Source: Verrucomicrobiota bacterium
Lineage (GTDB): Bacteria > Verrucomicrobiota > Verrucomicrobiia > Limisphaerales > UBA11358
Direction of reading: 5' to 3'
DNA: 64,000 bases
NCBI GenBank assembly: GCA_021324235.1
Contig: JAJPJM010000154.1
Span: 83 to 64,082, forward strand
Both the position numbers and the translations under genes were made by a program. Positions 50,835-59,155 of the stretch are shown here, piece by piece. The notes under the pieces were generated by a model. The model ran no database searches. It had not been told where the DNA came from and was given only the letters and a program-made list of their open reading frames with translations. The first letter of the stretch is position 1. Each line of letters starts with the position of its first letter.

Positions 50835-51362
50835 ATGGGCGTTGCCAAGCGGCGCCGGGTGGACAAAAATTGCGGCGTGCATTTCCGCGACAAAATCATC
50901 GCGTGGGACCAATTGCCGGCCTGGCGCGAGTCGTTTCGTGCCACGGGCAAAAAGCTCGTCGTCACCAACGGTTGCTTCGACATTCTGCATCTGGGACACG
51001 TGACCTATCTCGAATCCGCGCGCCAGCTGGGCGACGCGCTTTTGGTTGGCGTCAACGGCGACCAGGCGGCACGGCAGTTGAAAGGGCCCGGCCGGCCGGT
51101 GAATTCGGAAGCAGACCGCGCCGCCGTTTTGGCGGCATTGGCAAGCGTGGAGGGCGTTTGCATTTTTACGGAAACGACGGCGGTGAAATTTCTGGCAGCG
51201 GCCCGGCCGGACGTTTATGTCAAGGGCGGTGATTACACCCTGGACACGCTGAATCAGGACGAGCGCCGAACCGTTGAATCCATCGGCGGAAAAATCATGA
51301 TTATTCCGCTGGTGGCCGGAAAATCCACGACGGCGTTGCTGGAAAAAATTTCGCAATTGTAA
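50835..51362 (+). CDS. D-glycero-beta-D-manno-heptose 1-phosphate adenylyltransferase (RfaE/HldE domain II only)
   Basis: Cytidylyltransferase HxGH motif NGCFDILHLGHVTYL, GVNGD...VKGGDY...IGGKIMIIPLVAGKSTT. Confidence 0.75.
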   Translation: MGVAKRRRVDKNCGVHFRDKIIAWDQLPAWRESFRATGKKLVVTNGCFDILHLGHVTYLESARQLGDALLVGVNGDQAARQLKGPGRPVNSEADRAAVLAALASVEGVCIFTETTAVKFLAAARPDVYVKGGDYTLDTLNQDERRTVESIGGKIMIIPLVAGKSTTALLEKISQL

Positions 51363-51382
51363 AAACCGGATTTTCACCCGAG

Positions 51383-52480
51383 ATGCGTTTTCTGATGCTC
51401 AACTGGCGTGACCCGCTAAATCCAATCTCCGGCGGGGCGGAGCGGGTCAGCCTGGCCTACCTGAGGGGGCTGGTGCAGCGCGGGCACGAAGTATATTGGT
51501 TTACCTGTGATTTCCCGGGCGGACGCCGTGATGATATTGTCGAACGCATCAAGATTGTTCGCGGTGGTGGCAAAGGTTCGGCAGTCATCAAAGCGATTCA
51601 GTGGTATCGCCATCAACCGCGCTTTGATCTGGTGATTGACCAGCATCATGGGATTCCCTGGTATGCGCCCTGGTGGAGCCAGACCCGTTGTGTAGCCTAT
51701 ATCCACGAAGTTTTGGGACCGATCTGGAATGCATTTTATCCCTGGCCGATCAGCACCATGGGACGCTGGCAGGAATGCTGGACGCATTGGGGCTATCGCA
51801 ACGTGCCGTTCTGGACGCCTTCCGAATGTACGCGGCGGATTCTCGAACACCATGGCGTCAGGGAAATTCACGTCTTCCCCAATGGCGTGGATACCCAACC
51901 GTTAACCCTCCTGGAACCCAAACCGCTTCAATCGCCGCTGCGGCTGATGACCGTTTCGCGCCTGGCGCCCAATAAACGAATCGACCACGTTATCCGGGCT
52001 GTCGACATGCTCCGGCGGCAAAGGGATGTTCATCTGGTCATCGCCGGCACGGGTGAGGTGGAAACACAGTTGAAGCAGCTCGTAGAGAAAAGGGGCCTCG
52101 ATGCGCACGTTGAATTCACAGGTTTGATCGGTGAAGCGGAGAAAAATCAGCGGCTTCAGCAGGCGCATTTCCTGATTCATACCTCCCTCCGCGAAGGCTG
52201 GGGATTGAACGTCATTGAAGCCAACGCCATGGGCACACCGGCGGTGGTTTATCCGGTCGGCGGACTGGTGAGTTCAACCGTACATGATGAAACCGGTCTT
52301 GTTACGGACCAGGAAACACCGGAGTCCGTCGTCGATGCCATTTCGGCAATCATGCGAACACCCGAAAAATATGAACGCCTTCGCCTGAACGCCTGGAACC
52401 GGGCGAAGACCCTTCAGTGGGACAAAGTCACGCCGATGGTTTGTGACTGGCTGGAAGCCCAGGCCGTCCGACCGCGGTAG
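51383..52480 (+). CDS. Glycosyltransferase family 4 (GT-B)
   Basis: ISGGAERV N-terminus. C-terminal EGWGLNVIEANAMGTPAVV (E-x7-E). Confidence 0.8.
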   Translation: MRFLMLNWRDPLNPISGGAERVSLAYLRGLVQRGHEVYWFTCDFPGGRRDDIVERIKIVRGGGKGSAVIKAIQWYRHQPRFDLVIDQHHGIPWYAPWWSQTRCVAYIHEVLGPIWNAFYPWPISTMGRWQECWTHWGYRNVPFWTPSECTRRILEHHGVREIHVFPNGVDTQPLTLLEPKPLQSPLRLMTVSRLAPNKRIDHVIRAVDMLRRQRDVHLVIAGTGEVETQLKQLVEKRGLDAHVEFTGLIGEAEKNQRLQQAHFLIHTSLREGWGLNVIEANAMGTPAVVYPVGGLVSSTVHDETGLVTDQETPESVVDAISAIMRTPEKYERLRLNAWNRAKTLQWDKVTPMVCDWLEAQAVRPR

Positions 52481-52487
52481 TCCGGCG

Positions 52488-53207
52488 TTAGAGCGAAAAT
52501 CCCGCCGCTTTCGCGTCCACGGCAAAGGTTTTCACGGTGTCCAGCGACATTTCCGGCAGGCCGATTCCCACCAGTTTCATCGCCTTGTTCAGGATATCAT
52601 GCGGCACGGTCACGATTTTGCAGCCGCATTCCTCCGCCTGAAAAATGTTCAACACTTCACGAACGCTGGCCCAGAGCAATTCGGCCTCGGGCAGGCCGGC
52701 CAGAATCTTATTCACGGCGCGCATGTGCGGCATCGGATCCAACCCGGTGTCGGCAATACGGCCGGCAAACACGGACACCACGGCGGGCACTTTGGGATTG
52801 AGCGCCTGGGCAACCCCGGTCACCTGTTCCTCGGTAAAAATGGCGGTGATATTGAGCTTCACGCCTTCGCGAGCCAGCTCACGCACCAGCGGCAGGGAAG
52901 ATTCGCCGCGCGTGTTGGTGATGGGAATCTTGACATAGACATTTTTTCCCCAGTCCTTGATTTTCATCGCCTGCCGCCGCATTTCCGGAAAATCGTCGGA
53001 GAAGACCTCGAACGAAATCGGCTTTTCGGTGATGCTTTTCAGGATGTCCCGCGCGAACGCCTCGTAGTCATGCACTCCGGCCTTGCGCATCAGCGAAGGG
53101 TTGGTGGTCATACCCTTGACGAGCGGGTTTGTATTCAACTGGAGCATCCCGGCTTTGTCGGCGCCGTCGGCAAAAATTTTTACTTTGAGGCTGGCTAGAT
53201 TTTTCAT
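52488..53207 (-). CDS. Transaldolase-family protein (short type)
   Basis: Track ORF 52488..53237. KIFADGAD...GMTTNPSL...VYVKIPIT...NITAIF. ATG at 53207 is the likely start. Confidence 0.8.
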   Translation of the reverse strand: MKNLASLKVKIFADGADKAGMLQLNTNPLVKGMTTNPSLMRKAGVHDYEAFARDILKSITEKPISFEVFSDDFPEMRRQAMKIKDWGKNVYVKIPITNTRGESSLPLVRELAREGVKLNITAIFTEEQVTGVAQALNPKVPAVVSVFAGRIADTGLDPMPHMRAVNKILAGLPEAELLWASVREVLNIFQAEECGCKIVTVPHDILNKAMKLVGIGLPEMSLDTVKTFAVDAKAAGFSL

Positions 53208-53245
53208 GCGGCCTACAAGATAAGACAACCTTGCCAATCTTCAAC

Positions 53246-53782
53246 TTATTTCGCGCCGGCCAGGATAATTTCCGCCGCCGCCCCCAGATTTCCCGCCCGA
53301 AAGTCGGGTTGGTGTTTCAGTTCTTCGGCGTAACCACGGTCGATGAAAATCGTCCGGCAGCCGGCCGCGTGGCCGCAATCGACGTCCCGCCAGCGGTCGC
53401 CGACCATCCAGCTTTGCGCGAGATCGATGCCCAGTTCGCGCGCGGCGCGCAACAGCATGCCTGGTTTCGGCTTGCGGCAATCACAATCTGACAGGCCGTT
53501 GCCCGGATGATAACATACTTCCACCCGGTCCAGCGGCAGCCGCCGGCACATTTCAGCATGAATGGTTTCAACCACCTCCCGTTTCAAAGTGCCGCGGCCA
53601 ACGTCCGGCTGGTTGGTGGCGACGATGAGTAAAAAACCGGCCTGTTTCAAGCGCCGGCAGGCCTCCGGCACTTCAGGGAAAATTTCAAACTCGTCCAGGC
53701 GGGTCGGCGCATACGGCAATTGGTCACGCTCCCGGGGTCGATTGATGACACCATCGCGGTCGAGAAAGACGGCCCGGATCAT
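53246..53782 (-). CDS. gmhB: D-glycero-D-manno-heptose 1,7-bisphosphate phosphatase (HAD-IIIA)
   Basis: FLDRDGVIN, VATNQPDVGRG, CDCRKPKPGML, VGDRWRDVDCG. ATG at 53782 (MIRAVF) is the likely start. Confidence 0.8.
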   Translation of the reverse strand: MIRAVFLDRDGVINRPRERDQLPYAPTRLDEFEIFPEVPEACRRLKQAGFLLIVATNQPDVGRGTLKREVVETIHAEMCRRLPLDRVEVCYHPGNGLSDCDCRKPKPGMLLRAARELGIDLAQSWMVGDRWRDVDCGHAAGCRTIFIDRGYAEELKHQPDFRAGNLGAAAEIILAGAK

Positions 53783-53790
53783 TTCGGGTT

Positions 53791-54387
53791 TTACTTCGTT
53801 GATTCCCACTTGGTTTGGGCAACCTTGAGTTTGGGATGGGAAACGAGCAAATGCCAGATGACCGCCTGAAATGCTTCACTGTGCGGTGTGACGTGAGTTG
53901 GATTCACCGTGGGCACAATTACGCAAGCCGTGGCTTCCCGGGCGGTGAACCCTCCGTCGCGCCCGACGATACCGACGACAGAAGCGCCGGTTTTTTTTGC
54001 GAGCTGAATGGCGCTAACGAGATTCGGGCTGACGTTTTTCTCCAGATTGCCGCCGCCCACGGAAAAAATCATCAAACCGTCCTTGGCGTTCAAACGGCTG
54101 CCTTTGAGCCATTCGGCAAAAATTGTCGCCCAGCCGTCATCGTTGGTGCGCGCGGTCAATTCGGAAACATTGTCCGTCGGCGCATAAGCCTCAAACCCGC
54201 AGATCTTGCGGAAATCATTCACGGCATGCCCGGCATTGCCCGCGCTGCCGCCGACGCCAAGGATGAACAAACGCCCGCCGCGCTCGCGCACGCGCGCCAG
54301 TTCATCGGCGGCCTTTTCAATCGCATCGGCGTTCAGTTGGGCGACAACCTGCTGGACTTCAGCGAGAAATTGTTGGGTAAAGCTCAT
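53791..54387 (-). CDS. gmhA: Phosphoheptose (sedoheptulose-7-P) isomerase, SIS domain
   Basis: RLFILGVGGSAGNAGHAVNDF...DGLMIFSVGGG...GASVVGIVGRDGG. Confidence 0.85.
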   Translation of the reverse strand: MSFTQQFLAEVQQVVAQLNADAIEKAADELARVRERGGRLFILGVGGSAGNAGHAVNDFRKICGFEAYAPTDNVSELTARTNDDGWATIFAEWLKGSRLNAKDGLMIFSVGGGNLEKNVSPNLVSAIQLAKKTGASVVGIVGRDGGFTAREATACVIVPTVNPTHVTPHSEAFQAVIWHLLVSHPKLKVAQTKWESTK

Positions 54388-55100
54388 GGTGATTTGGATT
54401 GTAACAGTGATTCCAGTTCCGCCAAGCCTGCAGGCGAACCCATTTCGTAAAAGCGCTCGTGCACTTCGTAGCCGGCGAGTTGCTTTTCACGAACCAGTTT
54501 GCCCATGACTTCGGCCAGATCGAACGGCGAATCCGACACATACGAGTCGAAAACCGGCATTTTGAACAGGCTCAAACCATAATCAATATAGTGCATTTCC
54601 GGCCGGCGGTTTCGCTTGTCGTAAACCACGATTTCGCCGTCGCGGAAAACAACGTTGCTCGTGTCGTAACGCCCTTGATTGTGATAGACCGTCATGCAAC
54701 CGGGTTTGCCGCGGCGCCGGAAAAAATCCGCCACGGACACGTAATCCGCCGGCAAATAAGAATCGCCGTAAAGCACAAAAAATTCGTCACCGAGCAAAGG
54801 CAACGCGCGTTTAATGGCGCCGCCCGTGCCGAGCAATTGGGAGCCATCGAACGAATATTCCAGCCGCACGCCAAACGCCGAACCGTCGCTGAAATCACGC
54901 TGAATCATTTCACCCAGATGGCCCACGCACAACACCACGCGGCGGATGCCGCGCGAGCGCAACAGTTCAAGTTGGTGCGCCAGAAAGGGCTTCCCGGCCA
55001 CCGGCACCAGGGATTTGGGGATTTTTTCCGTAATCGGCCGCAGCCGGGTCGCGAGTCCGCCCGCCAGAATCGCAACGGGAATTTCGATCGGCGCGCTCAC
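54384..55100 (-). CDS. hddC: D-glycero-alpha-D-manno-heptose 1-phosphate guanylyltransferase
   Basis: AILAGGLATRLRPITEKIPKSLVPVAGKPFL nucleotidyltransferase motif. 4-nt overlaps with gmhA and hddA. Confidence 0.75.
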   Translation of the reverse strand: MSAPIEIPVAILAGGLATRLRPITEKIPKSLVPVAGKPFLAHQLELLRSRGIRRVVLCVGHLGEMIQRDFSDGSAFGVRLEYSFDGSQLLGTGGAIKRALPLLGDEFFVLYGDSYLPADYVSVADFFRRRGKPGCMTVYHNQGRYDTSNVVFRDGEIVVYDKRNRRPEMHYIDYGLSLFKMPVFDSYVSDSPFDLAEVMGKLVREKQLAGYEVHERFYEMGSPAGLAELESLLQSKSP

Positions 55101-56077
55101 GAGATCAGCAACTTGGTCCCTTCAAAATCAAAACGGAACCGGACCTCCTTAAGGCCCGCCTCCTGCATGGCGTGCCGCAATTTGATTTTGTCCTCGGCGT
55201 AAAACATCAGAAATCCGCCGCCGCCGGCGCCGATGAGCTTGCCGCCGAGCGCGCCGCTGGCCATGGCCCGGTCATACCACTCGTTGATTTTCGGATTGCT
55301 CATGCCGCCGCTGCGCTGTTTTTTACGCTGCCAGTGCACATCCATCAGCCGCGCGAATTCGCGCAAATCGCCCGCCTCCAGGGCACGTTGACTTTGCAAT
55401 CCCAGGTCCTTGACGAAATGCAAATTTTCGATCATCGCGGCGTCGGACGATTTCGACTTCTGGTCCTGTTCCTTCAAAATGGTTGAGGCCGACCGCGAAT
55501 AACCGGTGAAAAACAGGAGCAGGTTATCCTCGAGGTTGTCGCGAGTTTCACCGGAAAGTTTCAACGGCCACGCCTCAACCCTGCCATCCGGCAGGAATTT
55601 GAAACAGGTCAGGCCGCCGTAGGCGGCGATGTATTGGTCCTGCTTGCCGATGGGTTCCTTCAAACGGTTGAGTTCAATATCACACGCCTGCGCGGCCAGT
55701 TCAGCGGGGTGGACCAGATTTTTTTTGTGAGCGTGGAGCGCTTTGAGCAGCGCAATGGTAAAACTGCTCGATGACCCCAGACCGGTGCCGGCCGGAATGT
55801 CCGCCATTGAAGTCAATTCCAGCGAGTGCCCGTCAATCCCCGTCAGCGCGAATGCCTCGCGGAAGATCGGGTGTTTCAAATGCGTCGCATCCGGCACCCG
55901 CTCCAATTCGGAATATTTGACGATGAGATCAGACACGAATGTTTCATGCACCGTGATGTAAACGTATTTGTCGATGGCCGCGGCAATGAGAAAGCCGCCA
56001 AACTTTTCGTAATACGACGGCAAATCCGTGCCGCCGCCACCGAGGGTGACGCGAAGGGGAGAGCGCGCGATAATCAT
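55097..56077 (-). CDS. hddA: D-glycero-alpha-D-manno-heptose 7-phosphate kinase (GHMP)
   Basis: RSPLRVTLGGGGTDLPSYY...DIPAGTGLGSSSSF...GKLIGAGGGGFLMFY. Confidence 0.8.
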   Translation of the reverse strand: MIIARSPLRVTLGGGGTDLPSYYEKFGGFLIAAAIDKYVYITVHETFVSDLIVKYSELERVPDATHLKHPIFREAFALTGIDGHSLELTSMADIPAGTGLGSSSSFTIALLKALHAHKKNLVHPAELAAQACDIELNRLKEPIGKQDQYIAAYGGLTCFKFLPDGRVEAWPLKLSGETRDNLEDNLLLFFTGYSRSASTILKEQDQKSKSSDAAMIENLHFVKDLGLQSQRALEAGDLREFARLMDVHWQRKKQRSGGMSNPKINEWYDRAMASGALGGKLIGAGGGGFLMFYAEDKIKLRHAMQEAGLKEVRFRFDFEGTKLLIS

Positions 56078-56118
56078 GTTAAATTCGGGTCTGCGTCCGG
56101 GTTTCTTGAAACTGGGAT

Positions 56119-57126
56119 TTAGTGCTTTGGCGGCGTGGAGTCAAAGTTAAACCCGCTCCGCCGGTAGATTTCTTCGACAACGTGAAGCGCGGCCTTCGCC
56201 TCCTTCAACCCCGCAGCCGGTTTTCGCTTCATCTGGATGTCTTTTTCAAATTCGTTCAACTCTCTTCGCCATGATTCATCGGGGCCGGGAAATTCATACA
56301 CCCTGGTATCGGGCGGGCCCATTTCCGGTTTCATCTGATAATGATAAAGCTTCTCAACGCCGTAACTGCCGCCGAGCCCGTCAATCTGGAGCTTCGCGTT
56401 GCGCCCGTAAATCTCAAACGAGAAAAGGTTCTTCCATTCTGTGCAACTGACGTGCAGCCACGCCGTCTGGCCTTTGGCCGTACGCAGGCTCAAAAACGCA
56501 TTGTCATCCACCGGCATTTTCCAAAAACAGGTGGTCGCATGGCCTTCAATCGTCCTGAACTCGCCAAGAAACCAGCCCGCCAGATCAATCAGATGAATTC
56601 CCTGGTCGATCAACTCACCGCCGCCGGAAAGTTTCGGGTCGGCACGCCATTCCTGGTCGTAACCGACGCGCCCGCCATGACCATAACGCGCCCGAAGAAA
56701 CATCAAATCGCCCATCGCTCCGGACGACAAAATCTCCCGCGCCTGGAGCAGGGCGGGATGATACCGATGATTGAATCCGACGCGGACACAAACGCCGTGC
56801 TGGTCCGCCAGGGCAATTAATTCGTCGACTTGTCGAACCGAGATACCCGCCGGTTTTTCCACGAGCACAGGTTTGCCGGCGCGAATCGCGGCGGCGGAAA
56901 CGTCAGCCAGCTCAGAGTTGATGGTGGCTACAATCACCACGTCCACCCGGGAATCGGCCACGGCTTGTTTGTAGTCGGAAACCGCGCGACCGGTTTTGGC
57001 CGCCTTCATCAATTCTTCGGCCCGGGCCAGGTTTGTATCGCACGCCACGGCGAGTTCCGAACCGGCCGGCAAGCCGGCCAGACGCTTCTTTCCGATCAAC
57101 CCGCACCCAATGATGGCGTACTTCAT
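56119..57126 (-). CDS. Gfo/Idh/MocA family oxidoreductase
   Basis: MKYAIIGCGLIGKKR Rossmann, VLVEKPAG, and a C-terminal alpha/beta domain. Confidence 0.85.
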   Translation of the reverse strand: MKYAIIGCGLIGKKRLAGLPAGSELAVACDTNLARAEELMKAAKTGRAVSDYKQAVADSRVDVVIVATINSELADVSAAAIRAGKPVLVEKPAGISVRQVDELIALADQHGVCVRVGFNHRYHPALLQAREILSSGAMGDLMFLRARYGHGGRVGYDQEWRADPKLSGGGELIDQGIHLIDLAGWFLGEFRTIEGHATTCFWKMPVDDNAFLSLRTAKGQTAWLHVSCTEWKNLFSFEIYGRNAKLQIDGLGGSYGVEKLYHYQMKPEMGPPDTRVYEFPGPDESWRRELNEFEKDIQMKRKPAAGLKEAKAALHVVEEIYRRSGFNFDSTPPKH

Positions 57127-57986
57127 TTGCCTCCCCAGGTTTTCCCGCGGTCCCCGGGCACGATTCGGCGCAGCGTGTAGATGTCGCCGGCCAGGTCGTT
57201 TTTGAACTCATGCAATCGTTCCCACGGATCCCATTGCGCGCTGACAAGCTTGCCGGTGATACCGTCGCTTTGTGCGCTGGCCAGATAAACCGCCGCGCCT
57301 GCTCCGAGCGAAAGCGGCGTCGCACCGGTCGCCTTCCACTGCTGGTTCTTTTTGTAAAAAGCCGGGCCGACTTTTTCCGGGCCGGCGGCCAGGACCTCAT
57401 CCACCAATCGCGTGGCCAGGGCACCGGGAGCGATGGCATTCACATCCACGTGATACGCCCTCAATTCCTCCGCCAACGTTTCCATCAAGCGCACCACGGC
57501 TGCCTTGGAGGCGGCATAGGCACTGATGTTCGGTAATGGACTCGTCGCCCCCCCCCCGCTGAGAACGATGATTTTGCCGTGCCCGGCCTCTTTGAAATGC
57601 GGAATCAACGCGCGACAGGGAAACAACACGCCGTAGAGATTGATGTCCAACGCCCGCCGCCACTCTTCGAGCGGAACGGATTCCATCGCCCCCATCGGAC
57701 CATAGACGCCGGCATTGAGCACGAGCACTTGAAGCGAACCAAGTTCACGCAGCGCGAAGGCGACGAGGTCGTTCACCTGCGGTTCGCTGGCAACATCACA
57801 GGGTTTGGCGAAAACCTTTTGCGACGGAAATTGTCCTGCCAGTTCATCGCGCGTGGCGAACAAATCCTTTTCGGTGCGCGCACAAAGGACGACGTTGGCC
57901 CCTTCGCGTAGAAAATAGGTCGCGATTTCCTTTCCCAACCCCTGGCTGCCGCCGGTGATGAGCGAATTAATGCCTTTAAGTTTCAT
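57123..57986 (-). CDS. SDR family oxidoreductase with about 50-aa C-terminal extension
   Basis: Track ORF 57123..58136. ATG at 57986 (MKLKGINSLITGGSQGLGKE) forms an ATGA overlap with the upstream gene. YAASKAA. Tail WDPWERLHEF...IYTLRRIVPGDRGKTW. Confidence 0.85.
   Translation of the reverse strand: MKLKGINSLITGGSQGLGKEIATYFLREGANVVLCARTEKDLFATRDELAGQFPSQKVFAKPCDVASEPQVNDLVAFALRELGSLQVLVLNAGVYGPMGAMESVPLEEWRRALDINLYGVLFPCRALIPHFKEAGHGKIIVLSGGGATSPLPNISAYAASKAAVVRLMETLAEELRAYHVDVNAIAPGALATRLVDEVLAAGPEKVGPAFYKKNQQWKATGATPLSLGAGAAVYLASAQSDGITGKLVSAQWDPWERLHEFKNDLAGDIYTLRRIVPGDRGKTWGGK
57548..57557. repeat. Homopolymer C10 (G10 on the coding strand) inside the SDR gene
   Basis: Read directly. 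It encodes SGGGA (AGC GGG GGG GGG GCG). Confidence 0.9.
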
Positions 57987-59155
57987 TGGGTACGACCGAC
58001 GGAAAGATGCTCGACACCGGGCAGGTCTTTCAATTCCTTTTCCAGAAAACGGTTTGCGTCCACGACAACCCGCCCGCGCATACCCGGCAGAATGGCCGGC
58101 CAATCCAGCGTGCGGAACTGCGGCCAGCCGGTACAAACCACGGCGGCGTCCGCGCCGCTCAGGGCGTCGCCCGCGTTTGGCGCCAGTGAAACGGCGGAGA
58201 GTTCGGCGGGCAGTTGTTGGATCGCCGGATCAAACGCGCGAACCGCCGCACCCGCCGTCAGCAACCGGTTGCATAATTCCACCGCGGCGCTGCGCCGGAG
58301 CGTGTCGGTGTTGGGCGTATAGACCAGGCCCAGCACGGCAATGGTTTTGCCACGCACGCTGCCGAAACGCGACTGCAACCGTTGAAAGGCCCAGCCGCGA
58401 TGCAGATCGTTGCTCTGTTTGATGGCGGGAATAACGGCGAGCGTTTCCCCTTCAGCGGCACCCAGCCGGGCAAGCGTGACCACGTCGCGCGCCAGGGTGC
58501 CGCCCGCGAAAGGTCCGCCCGGACTGAGATACGCATTGGGCCCGATGCGCGGGTCGCTCTTCAGCCCAATCGAAACCTCCTTCGCGTCCGCGCCCACGCG
58601 TTCGCAGAGCCGTGCGATTTCGTTGATGAACGTGATGGACAGCGCGAGAAATGAATTAAGCGCGTGCTTCACCATCTCCGCCGATTCGGTGCGCATGAAA
58701 ATCACCTGCGGCGTAAACGGTGCGAACAGTTTTTCGAGCAACGCTCTTTTCGCGTCATTGCGAACGCCCACGACGACGCGTTCGGCCCTCTCGAACGAAG
58801 CCAGCGCCTTGCCCAGCCGAAGATTCTCCGGGGAACAGGCGAAATGGAGTTGCGGATATTCCAACTCCAGCCGGCGGCAAGTGCCGACGGGCAATTGCGC
58901 GGAGATTAAAACCAGCGTGTCCTTCGGCAAATGCGGCAGGGCGCGCCGCAGATGGGCCAGAACAGATTCCACATCCGATTCGTCGTTCTCATTAACCGGC
59001 GTGTCATAGCAAAGCCAGAGGACGTCGGCATGGCTGCACGCGGTTGCGAGATCGGTTGTGAAATCCAGCCGCTTTGCAGCCAGACCAGCGGAAATGAGGT
59101 CATCCAGCCCCGGCTCGGACAACGGCGCCCGGCCGAGCTTGAGATTGGCCACCAC
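57983..59155 (-). CDS. UDP-glucose/GDP-mannose dehydrogenase-family protein, apparently 5'-frameshifted
   Basis: Central and C-terminal UDPG_MGDP_dh features (ESAEMVKHALNSFLALSITFINE..., IAVLGLVYTPNTDTLRRSAAVEL). The frame stays open upstream to 59254 and encodes LWHLGTVTAACCARHFSVVGLEFDST. The first beta-strand, NIAVL, lies in the frame of the upstream SDR ORF. Confidence 0.75.
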   Translation of the reverse strand: MVANLKLGRAPLSEPGLDDLISAGLAAKRLDFTTDLATACSHADVLWLCYDTPVNENDESDVESVLAHLRRALPHLPKDTLVLISAQLPVGTCRRLELEYPQLHFACSPENLRLGKALASFERAERVVVGVRNDAKRALLEKLFAPFTPQVIFMRTESAEMVKHALNSFLALSITFINEIARLCERVGADAKEVSIGLKSDPRIGPNAYLSPGGPFAGGTLARDVVTLARLGAAEGETLAVIPAIKQSNDLHRGWAFQRLQSRFGSVRGKTIAVLGLVYTPNTDTLRRSAAVELCNRLLTAGAAVRAFDPAIQQLPAELSAVSLAPNAGDALSGADAAVVCTGWPQFRTLDWPAILPGMRGRVVVDANRFLEKELKDLPGVEHLSVGRTQ

